A stretch of DNA of 64,000 nucleotides, taken from assembly GCF_002854065.1 (NCBI RefSeq), contig NZ_CP024147.1. One strand, written 5' to 3'. The DNA is from Escherichia coli. Its GTDB lineage: Bacteria > Pseudomonadota > Gammaproteobacteria > Enterobacterales > Enterobacteriaceae. A program made the position numbers and the translations under genes. The notes under the pieces are model-generated. The model was not told where the DNA came from and searched no databases. It saw nothing but the letters and a program-made list of their open reading frames with translations. This document shows, piece by piece, positions 1 through 13,150 of this stretch (the first letter of the stretch is position 1; every line of letters starts with the position of its first letter).

Positions 1-1015
1 CCGCGTATCGCAAATGTCGACCCGTGCCAGCGAGCTGGCGTTAGAGCAGGCAGGGTTGATTGGCGATCCGATATTAACCAGCGGCGAAACGGGCATTGCG
101 TACGGTTCATCGACCGGCAGTACCGGCCCGGTAAGCGAGTTCGCCACCATGCTGACGGAAAAGCACACCAATAACATCACTGGCACCACCTATGTGCAGA
201 TGATGCCGCACACCACCGCCGTTAATACTGGCCTCTTTTTCGGCCTGCGCGGGCGGGTGATCCCAACCTCCAGCGCCTGTACTTCCGGCAGCCAGGCAAT
301 CGGTTATGCGTGGGAAGCCATTCGCCACGGTTATCAAACGGTGATGGTTGCTGGTGGTGCCGAAGAGTTATGTCCTTCAGAAGCAGCGGTATTTGATACG
401 CTTTTCGCCACCAGCCAGCACAATGATGCGCCGAAAACCACACCTTCACCGTTCGATGAAAACCGCGACGGGCTGGTGATTGGTGAAGGCGCAGGTACGC
501 TCATTCTCGAAGAACTGGAGCACGCCAAAGCGCGCGGCGCGACCATTTACGGTGAAATCGTCGGCTTTGCGACTAACTGCGACGCGGCACATATTACCCA
601 GCCGCAGCGCGAAACCATGCAGTATTGTATGGAGCAATCGCTGAAAATCGCCGGGTTAAGCGCACAAGATATCGGCTATATTTCAGCGCATGGTACGGCG
701 ACCGATCGCGGTGATATGGCAGAAAGTCTGGCGACAGCAACCATTTACGGTGATAATGTGCCGCTCTCCTCGCTGAAAAGTTATTTTGGTCATACGCTTG
801 GTGCCTGTGGCGCGCTCGAAGCCTGGATGAGTCTGCAAATGATGCGCGAAGGTTGGTTTGCGCCTACGCTAAACCTGAATAAACCAGACCCGAATTGTGG
901 CGCGCTGGATTACATCATGCATGAAGCCCGCAAGGTTGATTGTGAGTTTTTGCAGAGTAACAACTTTGCCTTTGGCGGCATTAATACATCCATCATCATT
1001 AAACGTTGGCCCTGA
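1..1015 (+). CDS. 3-oxoacyl-ACP synthase (KAS I/II family), 5-prime partial; gene continues upstream of the window
   Basis: Frame open from window start; KAS motifs SSACTSGSQAIG (active-site Cys), SAHGTATDRGD and FGHTLGACGALE (His); stop TGA at 1013-1015. Confidence 0.8.
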   Translation, partial: RVSQMSTRASELALEQAGLIGDPILTSGETGIAYGSSTGSTGPVSEFATMLTEKHTNNITGTTYVQMMPHTTAVNTGLFFGLRGRVIPTSSACTSGSQAIGYAWEAIRHGYQTVMVAGGAEELCPSEAAVFDTLFATSQHNDAPKTTPSPFDENRDGLVIGEGAGTLILEELEHAKARGATIYGEIVGFATNCDAAHITQPQRETMQYCMEQSLKIAGLSAQDIGYISAHGTATDRGDMAESLATATIYGDNVPLSSLKSYFGHTLGACGALEAWMSLQMMREGWFAPTLNLNKPDPNCGALDYIMHEARKVDCEFLQSNNFAFGGINTSIIIKRWP

Positions 1016-1016
1016 T

Positions 1017-1604
1017 ATGTATCGGATAGTTCTGGGGAAAGTTTCGACCTTAAGCGCAGCTCCACTGCCACCGGGTTTACGCGAGCAAGCACCGCAAGGT
1101 CCACGACGCGAACGCTGGCTGGCGGGGCGTGCATTGCTTTCGCACACGCTTTCCCCGCTACCGGAGATCATCTATGGCGAACAAGGCAAACCTGCATTCG
1201 CGCCGGAAACGCCGCTATGGTTCAACTTAAGCCATAGCGGTGACGATATCGCCCTGCTGTTGAGTGATGAAGGCGAAGTCGGCTGCGATATCGAAGTGAT
1301 TCGCCCGCGCGCCAACTGGCGCTGGCTGGCGAACGCCGTGTTCAGCCTCGGGGAACACGCTGAAATGGACGCCGTGCATCCTGATCAGCAACTGGAAATG
1401 TTCTGGCGCATCTGGACGCGCAAAGAAGCCATCGTTAAACAGCGTGGCGGCAGCGCCTGGCAAATCGTCAGCGTAGACAGCACCTATCACTCCTCGCTGT
1501 CAGTCAGCCATTGTCAGCTAGAAAATTTAAGCCTTGCGATCTGCACCCCCACCCCCTTTACGCTCACCGCCGACAGTGTGCAATGGATCGATTCAGTTAA
1601 CTGA
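1017..1604 (+). CDS. acpT: 4-prime-phosphopantetheinyl transferase AcpT
   Basis: ATG at 1017 in frame with ORF 897-1604; product MYRIVLGK...WFNLSHSGD...WTRKEA has PPTase motifs; position immediately upstream of nikA. Confidence 0.85.
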   Translation: MYRIVLGKVSTLSAAPLPPGLREQAPQGPRRERWLAGRALLSHTLSPLPEIIYGEQGKPAFAPETPLWFNLSHSGDDIALLLSDEGEVGCDIEVIRPRANWRWLANAVFSLGEHAEMDAVHPDQQLEMFWRIWTRKEAIVKQRGGSAWQIVSVDSTYHSSLSVSHCQLENLSLAICTPTPFTLTADSVQWIDSVN

Positions 1605-1650
1605 TCCCGCCCACCCGACTGCCCATCTATTGATCCAGAACAGGTAATCA

Positions 1651-1678
1651 GTATGACGAATACTTAAAATCGTCATAC
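1651..1678 (+). promoter_or_regulatory. NikR operator (GTATGA-N16-TCATAC) in nikA promoter
   Basis: Perfect inverted half-sites GTATGA (1651-1656) and TCATAC (1673-1678) separated by 16 nt, about 40 nt upstream of nikA start. Confidence 0.8.
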
Positions 1679-1715
1679 TTATTTCCGCCATCTATTTTAA
1701 TCCATTGGGGTTACC

Positions 1716-3290
1716 ATGCTCTCCACACTCCGCCGCACTCTATTTGCGCTGCTGGCTTGTGCGTCTTTTATCGTCCATGCCGCTGCACCAGATGAAATCA
1801 CCACCGCCTGGCCGGTGAATGTCGGGCCACTAAACCCGCACCTTTACACGCCTAACCAGATGTTCGCCCAGAGCATGGTTTATGAACCGCTGGTGAAATA
1901 TCAGGCTGATGGTTCGGTGATCCCGTGGCTGGCAAAAAGCTGGACTCATTCAGAAGATGGTAAAACCTGGACCTTCACCCTGCGTGATGACGTGAAATTC
2001 TCCAACGGCGAACCGTTTGATGCAGAGGCGGCGGCAGAAAACTTCCGCGCAGTGCTCGATAACCGTCAACGTCACGCCTGGCTGGAGCTGGCAAACCAGA
2101 TTGTTGATGTTAAAGCACTCAGTAAAACAGAGCTGCAAATCACCCTGAAAAGCGCCTACTATCCTTTCCTGCAAGAACTGGCCCTGCCGCGCCCTTTCCG
2201 CTTTATCGCCCCCTCGCAGTTTAAAAACCATGAAACCATGAACGGGATTAAAGCGCCGATTGGCACCGGGCCGTGGGTTTTGCAGGAATCGAAACTGAAT
2301 CAGTACGATGTCTTCGTCCGTAACGAAAACTACTGGGGCGAAAAGCCGGCAATTAAGAAGATCACTTTTAACGTCATCCCGGACCCGACTACCCGCGCGG
2401 TGGCGTTTGAAACTGGCGATATCGACCTGCTGTACGGAAACGAAGGGTTATTACCGCTCGATACCTTCGCCCGCTTTAGCCAGAACCCGGCTTACCACAC
2501 CCAACTGTCACAGCCGATCGAAACCGTGATGCTGGCGCTCAATACCGCCAAAGCCCCCACCAACGAGCTGGCAGTACGTGAAGCTCTTAATTACGCGGTA
2601 AACAAAAAATCGCTGATTGATAACGCGTTATATGGCACCCAGCAGGTCGCCGACACTCTGTTTGCCCCTTCTGTGCCTTACGCTAATCTCGGCCTGAAAC
2701 CGCGCCAGTACGATCCGCAGAAAGCGAAAGCGTTGCTGGAAAAAGCCGGTTGGACGCTGCCTGCGGGCAAAGACATCCGCGAGAAAAATGGTCAGCCGCT
2801 GCGCATTGAACTGTCGTTCATCGGCACCGATGCGTTAAGCAAATCGATGGCGGAAATCATTCAGGCTGATATGCGCCAGATTGGCGCAGATGTCTCGCTG
2901 ATTGGCGAAGAAGAGAGCAGTATCTATGCTCGTCAGCGCGACGGTCGTTTTGGCATGATTTTCCACCGCACCTGGGGCGCGCCATATGATCCACACGCCT
3001 TCCTGAGTTCAATGCGCGTACCGTCACACGCTGACTTCCAGGCACAGCAAGGATTAGCCGACAAACCGCTGATTGATAAAGAGATCGGCGAAGTGCTGGC
3101 GACCCATGACGAAACGCAACGTCAGGCGCTGTATCGCGACATTCTGACCCGTCTGCATGACGAGGCGGTTTATCTGCCTATCAGTTACATCTCAATGATG
3201 GTGGTATCAAAACCGGAGCTGGGTAACATCCCCTACGCGCCGATCGCCACCGAAATTCCGTTCGAACAGATTAAACCGGTGAAACCTTAA
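1716..3290 (+). CDS. nikA: nickel ABC transporter periplasmic binding protein NikA
   Basis: 524-aa ORF with signal peptide, first of five-gene ABC operon followed by nikR. Confidence 0.95.
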   Translation: MLSTLRRTLFALLACASFIVHAAAPDEITTAWPVNVGPLNPHLYTPNQMFAQSMVYEPLVKYQADGSVIPWLAKSWTHSEDGKTWTFTLRDDVKFSNGEPFDAEAAAENFRAVLDNRQRHAWLELANQIVDVKALSKTELQITLKSAYYPFLQELALPRPFRFIAPSQFKNHETMNGIKAPIGTGPWVLQESKLNQYDVFVRNENYWGEKPAIKKITFNVIPDPTTRAVAFETGDIDLLYGNEGLLPLDTFARFSQNPAYHTQLSQPIETVMLALNTAKAPTNELAVREALNYAVNKKSLIDNALYGTQQVADTLFAPSVPYANLGLKPRQYDPQKAKALLEKAGWTLPAGKDIREKNGQPLRIELSFIGTDALSKSMAEIIQADMRQIGADVSLIGEEESSIYARQRDGRFGMIFHRTWGAPYDPHAFLSSMRVPSHADFQAQQGLADKPLIDKEIGEVLATHDETQRQALYRDILTRLHDEAVYLPISYISMMVVSKPELGNIPYAPIATEIPFEQIKPVKP

Positions 3291-4230
3291 TGTTGCGTTA
3301 CGTATTACGCCGCTTTCTGCTGCTGCTCCCCATGGTGCTCGCCGCCTCGGTGATCATTTTTCTGATGCTGCGTCTCGGTACCGGCGACCCGGCGCTCGAT
3401 TATTTGCGTCTGTCTAACCTGCCGCCGACGCCGGAGATGCTGGCCTCTACCCGCACCATGCTGGGACTGGATCAGCCGCTGTACGTCCAGTACGGTACCT
3501 GGTTGTGGAAGGCGCTGCATCTTGACTTTGGTATCTCATTCGCCAGCCAACGCCCGGTGCTGGACGATATGCTGAACTTCCTGCCCGCCACGCTGGAACT
3601 TGCAGGTGCCGCGCTGGTATTAATTCTGCTCACTTCTGTGCCGCTCGGTATCTGGGCGGCGCGCCATCGCGATCGTCTGCCGGATTTCGCCGTACGTTTC
3701 ATCGCGTTTCTCGGCGTGTCGATGCCCAACTTCTGGCTGGCATTTTTACTGGTGATGGCGTTTTCGGTGTATCTGCAATGGCTACCCGCGATGGGCTACG
3801 GCGGCTGGCAGCACATCATTTTGCCTGCGGTTTCCATTGCCTTTATGTCGCTGGCGATTAACGCACGGCTGCTGCGCGCCAGTATGCTGGACGTCGCCGG
3901 TCAGCGTCACGTCACCTGGGCGCGGCTACGCGGCCTGAATGACAAACAGACCGAGCGTCGTCATATTCTGCGCAATGCCTCGCTGCCGATGATCACCGCC
4001 GTGGGGATGCACATTGGCGAACTGATTGGCGGGACGATGATTATCGAAAACATCTTTGCCTGGCCCGGCGTCGGGCGCTATGCGGTGTCGGCGATTTTTA
4101 ACCGTGACTATCCGGTGATCCAGTGCTTTACGCTGATGATGGTGGTGGTTTTTGTGGTCTGTAATTTGATTGTCGATTTGCTCAACGCCGCGCTGGACCC
4201 ACGCATTCGTCGTCATGAAGGAGCGCACGC

Positions 4231-4234
<4 letters not shown>
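3290..4234 (+). CDS. nikB: nickel ABC transporter permease NikB
   Basis: 314-aa polytopic permease, start overlaps nikA stop. Confidence 0.95.
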
Positions 4235-7038
<2,804 letters not shown>

Positions 7039-7070
7039 GTTATTTCTGAAACGAGGAAAGAAAAGATATT

Positions 7071-7103
7071 AACTGAACTTAATTTATAAAATTAAGTTCA
7101 GTT
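7071..7103. terminator. 15-bp perfect-stem hairpin between convergent nikR and hicB-like gene
   Basis: AACTGAACTTAATTT (7071-7085), loop ATA, AAATTAAGTTCAGTT (7089-7103). Confidence 0.5.
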
Positions 7104-7157
7104 GCATAGATAGATCCTGTAAAGGCAGATATTCTGCGTAATGTACGCCGCTAAAAT

Positions 7158-7517
7158 TTATAAATGATTCAAACGCTCATTCAGTGTTTCAATAATATAG
7201 GTATTAACAGAGACTTGTTGCTGCGCAGCCGCATTATTAAGGCGTTCACTCAGCGATTCTGGATAGCGTAACGTAAAGGTCTTAATCTTTTCTGTACGCG
7301 CATACGGCTCAATACCCGCAGCTTTACAATCCTCAAGATACTCTCGCAGAGAAAGTTCCCCTTCTTTTTGCAGCCCCTGAATGCTGTCAGAGACAAAATC
7401 ACAATAACCTGACAAGCCCAGGAATTTGCCACGAAATGCATTCAGTTCTGGCACGTAAGTGATAACAGCAGGTTGCCCGGCAATCTCCATAGAGTTTGGC
7501 GTCTTCAGTTTGATCAT
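7158..7517 (-). CDS. HicB-like antitoxin (RNase H-like N-terminal region plus C-terminal ribbon-helix-helix)
   Basis: 119-aa ORF, 4-nt overlap with upstream HicA-like gene; C-terminal SLSERLNNAAAQQQVSVNTYIIETLNERL resembles an RHH DNA-binding tail. Confidence 0.55.
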   Translation of the reverse strand: MIKLKTPNSMEIAGQPAVITYVPELNAFRGKFLGLSGYCDFVSDSIQGLQKEGELSLREYLEDCKAAGIEPYARTEKIKTFTLRYPESLSERLNNAAAQQQVSVNTYIIETLNERLNHL

Positions 7518-7789
7518 GGTTTTACCCCTATACTTAGTAACCAGTCACGCACGCTTTCTACAGCGCCTTTGTCGGTATCTGGCGACGGATGAGGCCGATG
7601 GAAACACGCAACGCTCATATTTAGTATGAACTTACAACGCGAACCTCTTCCTTCCTTAATTTCTCCGCCTAATGCTTTAACCAGTGACTCTATATCAGAC
7701 CACTTGATCCCTTGAGGAACAGGAGATTTAAATATTTGATCCAATGTATTTTTTTGTTTCTTCCGTAAAGCCTGTACCTTGGTTCTCAT
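7514..7789 (-). CDS. HicA-like mRNA interferase toxin
   Basis: 91-aa basic ORF; pattern LGGEIKEGRGSRCKF...FHRPHP...DKGAVESV matches the HicA G-x-GSH...HP signature; toxin-first gene order typical of hicAB. Confidence 0.55.
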   Translation of the reverse strand: MRTKVQALRKKQKNTLDQIFKSPVPQGIKWSDIESLVKALGGEIKEGRGSRCKFILNMSVACFHRPHPSPDTDKGAVESVRDWLLSIGVKP

Positions 7790-7798
7790 GGCATGTCC

Positions 7799-7850
7799 TT
7801 ATGACTTCACTTTATGACATCAATAGTATGACATCACAGTATGAAGTCAA
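7799..7850. promoter_or_regulatory. Four-fold TATGA(C/A)NTCA repeat array upstream of the HicAB-like operon (putative antitoxin operator)
   Basis: TATGACTTCA (7800), TATGACATCA (7813), TATGACATCA (7827), TATGAAGTCA (7840) at 13-14 bp spacing, starting 10 nt upstream of the hicA-like start codon. Confidence 0.5.
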
Positions 7851-7861
7851 GTTTCCCTTCC

Positions 7862-8989
7862 TCACGCCATTGTCCCAATCGTCTTCCTGAATCGCAGCAG
7901 TGCGATGGTGAAAAACGCGCCGCCAATTGCCATCAGCGTCAGGAACTGCGGCCAGACGATTTCGAATCCGGCACCCCGGTAGAGAATGGCCTGCGCGAGG
8001 CTAACAAAGTGTGTCGTCGGCATGGTCAGCATAATGTCCTGCACCATCTGCGGCATACTTTCGCGCGGCGTGGAGCCACCGGAAAGCATTTGCAGCGGCA
8101 GCAGCACCAGAATCACCAGCAGCCCCAGTTGCGGCATTGAACGCGCTATCGTCCCCATAAAAATGCCGATTGACGTGGTGGCAAACAGACTGAGCGCCAC
8201 GCCCAGCATAAACAGCGGGATCGAGCCTTCAATCGGTACGCCCAGCACGCCTTTCACCATCAGCACCAGCGATAATCCCGATACCACCAGCACCACCAGC
8301 CCCATCGACCAGACCTTAGCCATCATGATCTCAAACGGCGTTATCGGCATCACCAGTAAATGTTCCACCGTGCCGTGTTCACGCTCGCGGATCAGCGCCG
8401 ATCCGGTCAATACAATCGCCAGCATGGTAATGTTGTTGATGATTGCCATCACCCCGCCAAACCACGCGGGATCAAGGTTCGGGTTAAAGCGCATCCGGGT
8501 TTCCAGCGATACCAACGGTTCGCTGTTATCGCGGTAGCGCGCGACAAAGCTGTTCACTTCACCGTTGATAATATTCTGGATATACCCGTTGCCGGTAAAT
8601 GCCTGGCTCATGCGCGTGGCATCGACGTTCACCTGAATATCTGGCTGGCGTCCAGCGAGGACATCACGCTGAAAATTAGGCGGAATATTTATCGCGAAGG
8701 TATAGCGTCCGGCGTCCAGTCCGGCATCCATCTCATCGGCGGTGATCATCTCCGGTGGCAAAAACCACGGGCGATAGAAGCTGTTAACGATCCGATTCGA
8801 TAACTGCGATTGATCCATATCGGCAATGGCGATCGGTGCCAGGTTCAACGATCCTGGCGTAACGGTCGCTGACGAATACACCGACACCGTAAACGAGAAG
8901 ACAATCAATGTCAGCATCGCTTTATCACCGAGTAGACTGCGCAACTCTTTGATACCCAGATTAAAAATATTGCGTAAATGGCGCATCAT
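7862..8989 (-). CDS. yhhJ: ABC-2 family transporter permease YhhJ
   Basis: Polytopic permease; start MMRHLRNIF with ATG overlapping rbbA stop (ATGA); the longer ORF to 9070 is judged an upstream extension. Confidence 0.85.
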   Translation of the reverse strand: MMRHLRNIFNLGIKELRSLLGDKAMLTLIVFSFTVSVYSSATVTPGSLNLAPIAIADMDQSQLSNRIVNSFYRPWFLPPEMITADEMDAGLDAGRYTFAINIPPNFQRDVLAGRQPDIQVNVDATRMSQAFTGNGYIQNIINGEVNSFVARYRDNSEPLVSLETRMRFNPNLDPAWFGGVMAIINNITMLAIVLTGSALIREREHGTVEHLLVMPITPFEIMMAKVWSMGLVVLVVSGLSLVLMVKGVLGVPIEGSIPLFMLGVALSLFATTSIGIFMGTIARSMPQLGLLVILVLLPLQMLSGGSTPRESMPQMVQDIMLTMPTTHFVSLAQAILYRGAGFEIVWPQFLTLMAIGGAFFTIALLRFRKTIGTMA

Positions 8990-11721
8990 CCCTCCTGTTT
9001 TTTCAACAGCAGGATGCTTAAGCCCATCACCAGCGGTATGGCTATCAGCAACGGGATAAAAAGTTGCCACAAATCAGTCAGATCCAGCGCTTTCGAGAAC
9101 GTCCCGCGGGCGATAGTCAGAAAATGACTGGTCGGGTAAACCTCGCCGATCCAACGTCCCGGCCCTTCCAGCGAAGCTACCGGATCGATCATCCCGGAAA
9201 ACTGTGTCGCCGGGATCAACGTGATAATCGCCGTACCGAAAATGGCGGCAATCTGGCTTTTCATAAAGGTGGAGATCAGCAGCCCCATTCCGGTGGCGAT
9301 GATGATATACAGCAGCGCCGCCAGGGTGAGCGTCAGGAAACTGCCTTTATGCGGTACGCCAAACACAAACACCGACAGGCCGCAGAGCAGGAAAAAGTTC
9401 AGCATCCCCAGCGCGATGTACGGTAGCTGTTTGCCAAGCAAAAATTCGCTACGGGTGGTGGGAGTCACGTAAAGGTTGATAATCGACCCTAGTTCTTTTT
9501 CCCGCACCACGCTAAGGGCGCTTAGCATTGACGGGATCATCATCAGCAGAAGCGGGATCACCGCCGGAACAATCGCTGGCAGGCTTTTTACGTCCGGGTT
9601 ATAGCGATAGCGCGTCTCAATATTCATCAGCACGCTTTGGCTGGCGGGTGTGGATTGTCGGCTTGCCACATCCTGAAGCCAACTCTGGTGCATTGCCTGC
9701 ACGTAACCTTTTACCGTTTCGGCACGACTGGGCATCGCTCCGTCGATCCAGACGCCGAGTTCCACAGGCGTACCACGCGCGATATCACGCCCGAAATTTG
9801 GAGGGATCTCAATTGCCACCGTGATATCGCCCGCACGCATCCGACGATCAAGCTCGTCATAACTGGTAAGCGGCGGCTGTTCGATAAAGTAACGGGAACC
9901 GGAGAGGTTGAGCGTCCACGCCTGGCTACTGACGGTCTGGTCGCGGTCAAGCACCGCAAAGCGCAGGTTTTCCACATCCATACTGATGCCGTAACCCATT
10001 ATCAGCATCAGGATCACCGTTCCCATCAGCGCCAGCGTCGAACGGACCGGATCGCGGCGCAATTCCAGTGCTTCGCGCCGGCTGTAGCTAAACAGACGGC
10101 GCAGGCTAAATCCCTGGCGCGGCGCGTGTGTAGCATCGTGTATCACGGGAGGCGCTTCGGCTTCGTTGCTCTGTCCTGCCGCTTCCTGCAAATAGGCGAT
10201 AAATGCCTCTTCCAGACTGGCGGCTCCGCGTTTCTCAACCAGTTCCTGCGGTGTACCGCTGGCGAGCACTTTTCCGGCGTGCATCAGTGAGATACGGTCG
10301 CAGCGTTCCGCTTCGTTCATAAAGTGGGTGGAGATGAAGATAGTCACTTTGTCCTGGCGCGAGAGATCGACCATCAACTGCCAGAACATATCCCTCGCCA
10401 CCGGATCGACGCCAGAAGTAGGTTCATCGAGGATTAACATTTCCGGGCGATGAATCACCGCCACCGCCAGCGAAAGCCGCTGGCGAATGCCGAGCGGCAA
10501 TGACTCCGGCAGAACATCTTCAACGTCGTTGAGTTTAAAACGCTCGCTCATTTCAGCCACTCGCGCGGGAATTTCCGCTTCCGGGATGTGAAACAAACGG
10601 GCATGTAACTCAAGGTTTTGCCGCACGGTGAGTTCGTTATAGAGCGAAAACGCCTGCGACATATAGCCCACCCGACGGCGGGTATCGATATCTTTTGGAT
10701 CAACCGGTTGCCCAAATAGCCACGCCTCACCTTCGCTGGCGGGCAGCAGTCCGGTAAGCATTTTCATGGTGGTGGATTTACCGCAGCCATTCGAACCAAG
10801 AAAACCAAAAATCTCCCCGCGTGGAATGCGGAAATTAACGTGATCAACGGCAACGAAGGAACCAAAACGCATGGTCAGATCGCGCGCTTCGATGGCAATC
10901 TCTGCGTTTTCAGGTTGATACGGTGGGATCACTACCGCCTGATGCGCCTGGCGTTGTGCTTGCGGTAACAGATTAATAAATGCTTCTTCCAGCGTGGCGC
11001 TTTGCGTTTGCTGCCGCAGCTCTTCGGCGCTGCCAGTTGCCAGCACTTCTCCGGCATTCATCGCTACCAGCCAGTCGAAGCGTTCGGCCTCTTCCATATA
11101 GGCGGTGGCGACCAGCACGCTCATATTGCTCTGCCGCTGGCGAATACTGTCGATCAGATCCCAGAACTGGGCGCGGGAGAGCGGGTCAACCCCCGTTGTT
11201 GGCTCATCAAGAATCAACAGTTCCGGGTCGTGGATTAACGCACAGCACAGCCCCAGTTTTTGCTTCATCCCGCCGGAGAGTTTCCCTGCCGGACGATCGC
11301 GAAACGGTGCTAACCCGGTGCTGGTCAGCAGCTCATTAATTCGGACTTCCCGCTCCGCTTTATCGTGACCGAACAAGCGAGCGAAAAAATCGACATTTTC
11401 ATACACCGATAAGGTGTGGTAGAGATTTTTGCCCAGCCCCTGCGGCATCCAGGCGATGCGCGGGCAGACGTCGCGGCGATGCTTCGGGTCGCGCATATCG
11501 CCGCCCAGCACCATCACATTGCCCTGTTCAATGACGCGGGCACCGGAAATCAACGACAACAAGCTCGACTTCCCGACGCCATCCGGACCAATCAGCCCGA
11601 CCATACAGCGGGCCGGAATATCGAGTGTGATATTGTTCAGCGCAACGGTTTTTCCATAATGCTGGCTCACGCCCGCCAGTTGCGCGACAGGCGGGACGGG
11701 AACCAGTTCCAGATGCGTCAT
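8986..11721 (-). CDS. rbbA: ribosome-associated ATPase RbbA (tandem ABC ATPase domains fused to ABC-2 permease)
   Basis: 911 aa; two Walker A motifs ([18 protein letters not shown]), two signature motifs, C-terminal membrane domain. Confidence 0.9.
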   Translation of the reverse strand: MTHLELVPVPPVAQLAGVSQHYGKTVALNNITLDIPARCMVGLIGPDGVGKSSLLSLISGARVIEQGNVMVLGGDMRDPKHRRDVCPRIAWMPQGLGKNLYHTLSVYENVDFFARLFGHDKAEREVRINELLTSTGLAPFRDRPAGKLSGGMKQKLGLCCALIHDPELLILDEPTTGVDPLSRAQFWDLIDSIRQRQSNMSVLVATAYMEEAERFDWLVAMNAGEVLATGSAEELRQQTQSATLEEAFINLLPQAQRQAHQAVVIPPYQPENAEIAIEARDLTMRFGSFVAVDHVNFRIPRGEIFGFLGSNGCGKSTTMKMLTGLLPASEGEAWLFGQPVDPKDIDTRRRVGYMSQAFSLYNELTVRQNLELHARLFHIPEAEIPARVAEMSERFKLNDVEDVLPESLPLGIRQRLSLAVAVIHRPEMLILDEPTSGVDPVARDMFWQLMVDLSRQDKVTIFISTHFMNEAERCDRISLMHAGKVLASGTPQELVEKRGAASLEEAFIAYLQEAAGQSNEAEAPPVIHDATHAPRQGFSLRRLFSYSRREALELRRDPVRSTLALMGTVILMLIMGYGISMDVENLRFAVLDRDQTVSSQAWTLNLSGSRYFIEQPPLTSYDELDRRMRAGDITVAIEIPPNFGRDIARGTPVELGVWIDGAMPSRAETVKGYVQAMHQSWLQDVASRQSTPASQSVLMNIETRYRYNPDVKSLPAIVPAVIPLLLMMIPSMLSALSVVREKELGSIINLYVTPTTRSEFLLGKQLPYIALGMLNFFLLCGLSVFVFGVPHKGSFLTLTLAALLYIIIATGMGLLISTFMKSQIAAIFGTAIITLIPATQFSGMIDPVASLEGPGRWIGEVYPTSHFLTIARGTFSKALDLTDLWQLFIPLLIAIPLVMGLSILLLKKQEG

Positions 11722-12785
11722 TGCGGCAACCTCACCACGAGGTCGTCAGGCCACGGAAGTTCTTCATTCACCCGCACCCACGCTACGCCCGGCAAGCCCG
11801 TTTTGACATATTCCAGATGCTGCTGGAGTAATTCCGGTGGGATACGCGCTTTGACGCGGAACATCAGTTTCAGCCGTTCATCGCTGGTTTCGACGGTTTT
11901 TGGCGTGAACTGGGCGACACTGGCGACAAAACTGATGGTTGCAGGAATACGCAGATCTGGCGCGGCATCGAGGATCAGCCGGGCTTCACCGCCAAGTTTC
12001 AGCGTGCCCGCCTGTTCGGTTGGCAGAAAGAAGGTCATATAGACGTCGCTGAGATCGACCATATTCAGCACCCGACCGCCTGCCGCCAGCACTTCCCCTG
12101 GCTCGGCAACCCGATACTGCACGCGTCCGTCACGCGGGGCTTTCAGTTCGCTGTCATCGATATCTGCGACAATGCGCCGTTCAGTGGCTTGTGCGGCTTC
12201 GACGCGGGTTTGCGCCTGAATGATATTGGTGCGTGCCGCTTCTATAGCGGCTTTAGAAGCCGAAACCTGGGCTTTTGCTGATTCCAGCGCAGCTCGGGCG
12301 CTCTCAGCGGCGGCGCGGTCGTCATCCAGCTGTTGCGCAGAAATAGCCCCTCGTTGGGCCAGTGAACGGGAACGCGTATGACGTTTTGCTACGGAGTCCA
12401 GTTCTGCCTGGCGTTGATTAACCAGCGACTGTGCGGCACGAGTTTCGCTTTGGCGTTGCTCCAGCAAAGCCTGCGCGGCGGCAACGGCGCTTTGTGCCTC
12501 TTTGATTTGCGCGATGGCTTCCAGTCGCTGCTCCTGCAACACGCGAGTATCCATCTTCGCCAGCACTTCGCCTTCGCGAACAAACTGGCCTTCTTTCACC
12601 AGAATGGTGTCGATACGCCCGGCAATTTTGCTGGCGATATCCACTTCCGTCGCTTCAATGCGCCCATTGCTGACGGCAAAGCCTTCTGGCACACCTGCCG
12701 GGCGCAACAGCCACCACGCCACTATAGCCGCCACCGCCAGTAACCCGACAACCCACCACGCCAGATGGCGCTTACTTTTATCCAT
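11718..12785 (-). CDS. yhiI: HlyD-family membrane fusion protein YhiI
   Basis: 355 aa, N-terminal TM anchor, long coiled-coil, 4-nt overlap with rbbA start. Confidence 0.85.
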   Translation of the reverse strand: MDKSKRHLAWWVVGLLAVAAIVAWWLLRPAGVPEGFAVSNGRIEATEVDIASKIAGRIDTILVKEGQFVREGEVLAKMDTRVLQEQRLEAIAQIKEAQSAVAAAQALLEQRQSETRAAQSLVNQRQAELDSVAKRHTRSRSLAQRGAISAQQLDDDRAAAESARAALESAKAQVSASKAAIEAARTNIIQAQTRVEAAQATERRIVADIDDSELKAPRDGRVQYRVAEPGEVLAAGGRVLNMVDLSDVYMTFFLPTEQAGTLKLGGEARLILDAAPDLRIPATISFVASVAQFTPKTVETSDERLKLMFRVKARIPPELLQQHLEYVKTGLPGVAWVRVNEELPWPDDLVVRLPQ

Positions 12786-13150
12786 AATCGACCCGCCATA
12801 ATCCCTGTAAGCAAACGACGCGTGTTACAACTGCCGCCGAACGACGTTCAGCGGATTCTTCCATCCGGGATAAGAAGGAAACGGCAAATACGACCAGCGC
12901 GCAGAGCATTGAGCGCCAACGGGGAAGGCTTAGTGAAAACGGGTAGTAATGTTGTCATCATCAGCATTCCTGGCCGTAAATGAAACACGCATACTCATAA
13001 GTGTGATCTATAAAACTGGCTGACAAAACGGTATCCATCCTGTTGGATAGCGTTTCACGCCTGTTCAGTTGCAGGAACAGAGCATTCCTTTTTACGTTTT
13101 ATCAACAGTCTCAACCAGATAGTAACATTAATATTCATGTTGTCTATGGT

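Noticed and set aside
9637-10290. 217-aa plus-strand ORF inside rbbA (also 9064-9426, 11416-12042)
   Set aside because: Antisense to a gene with two complete ABC ATPase motif sets; spurious
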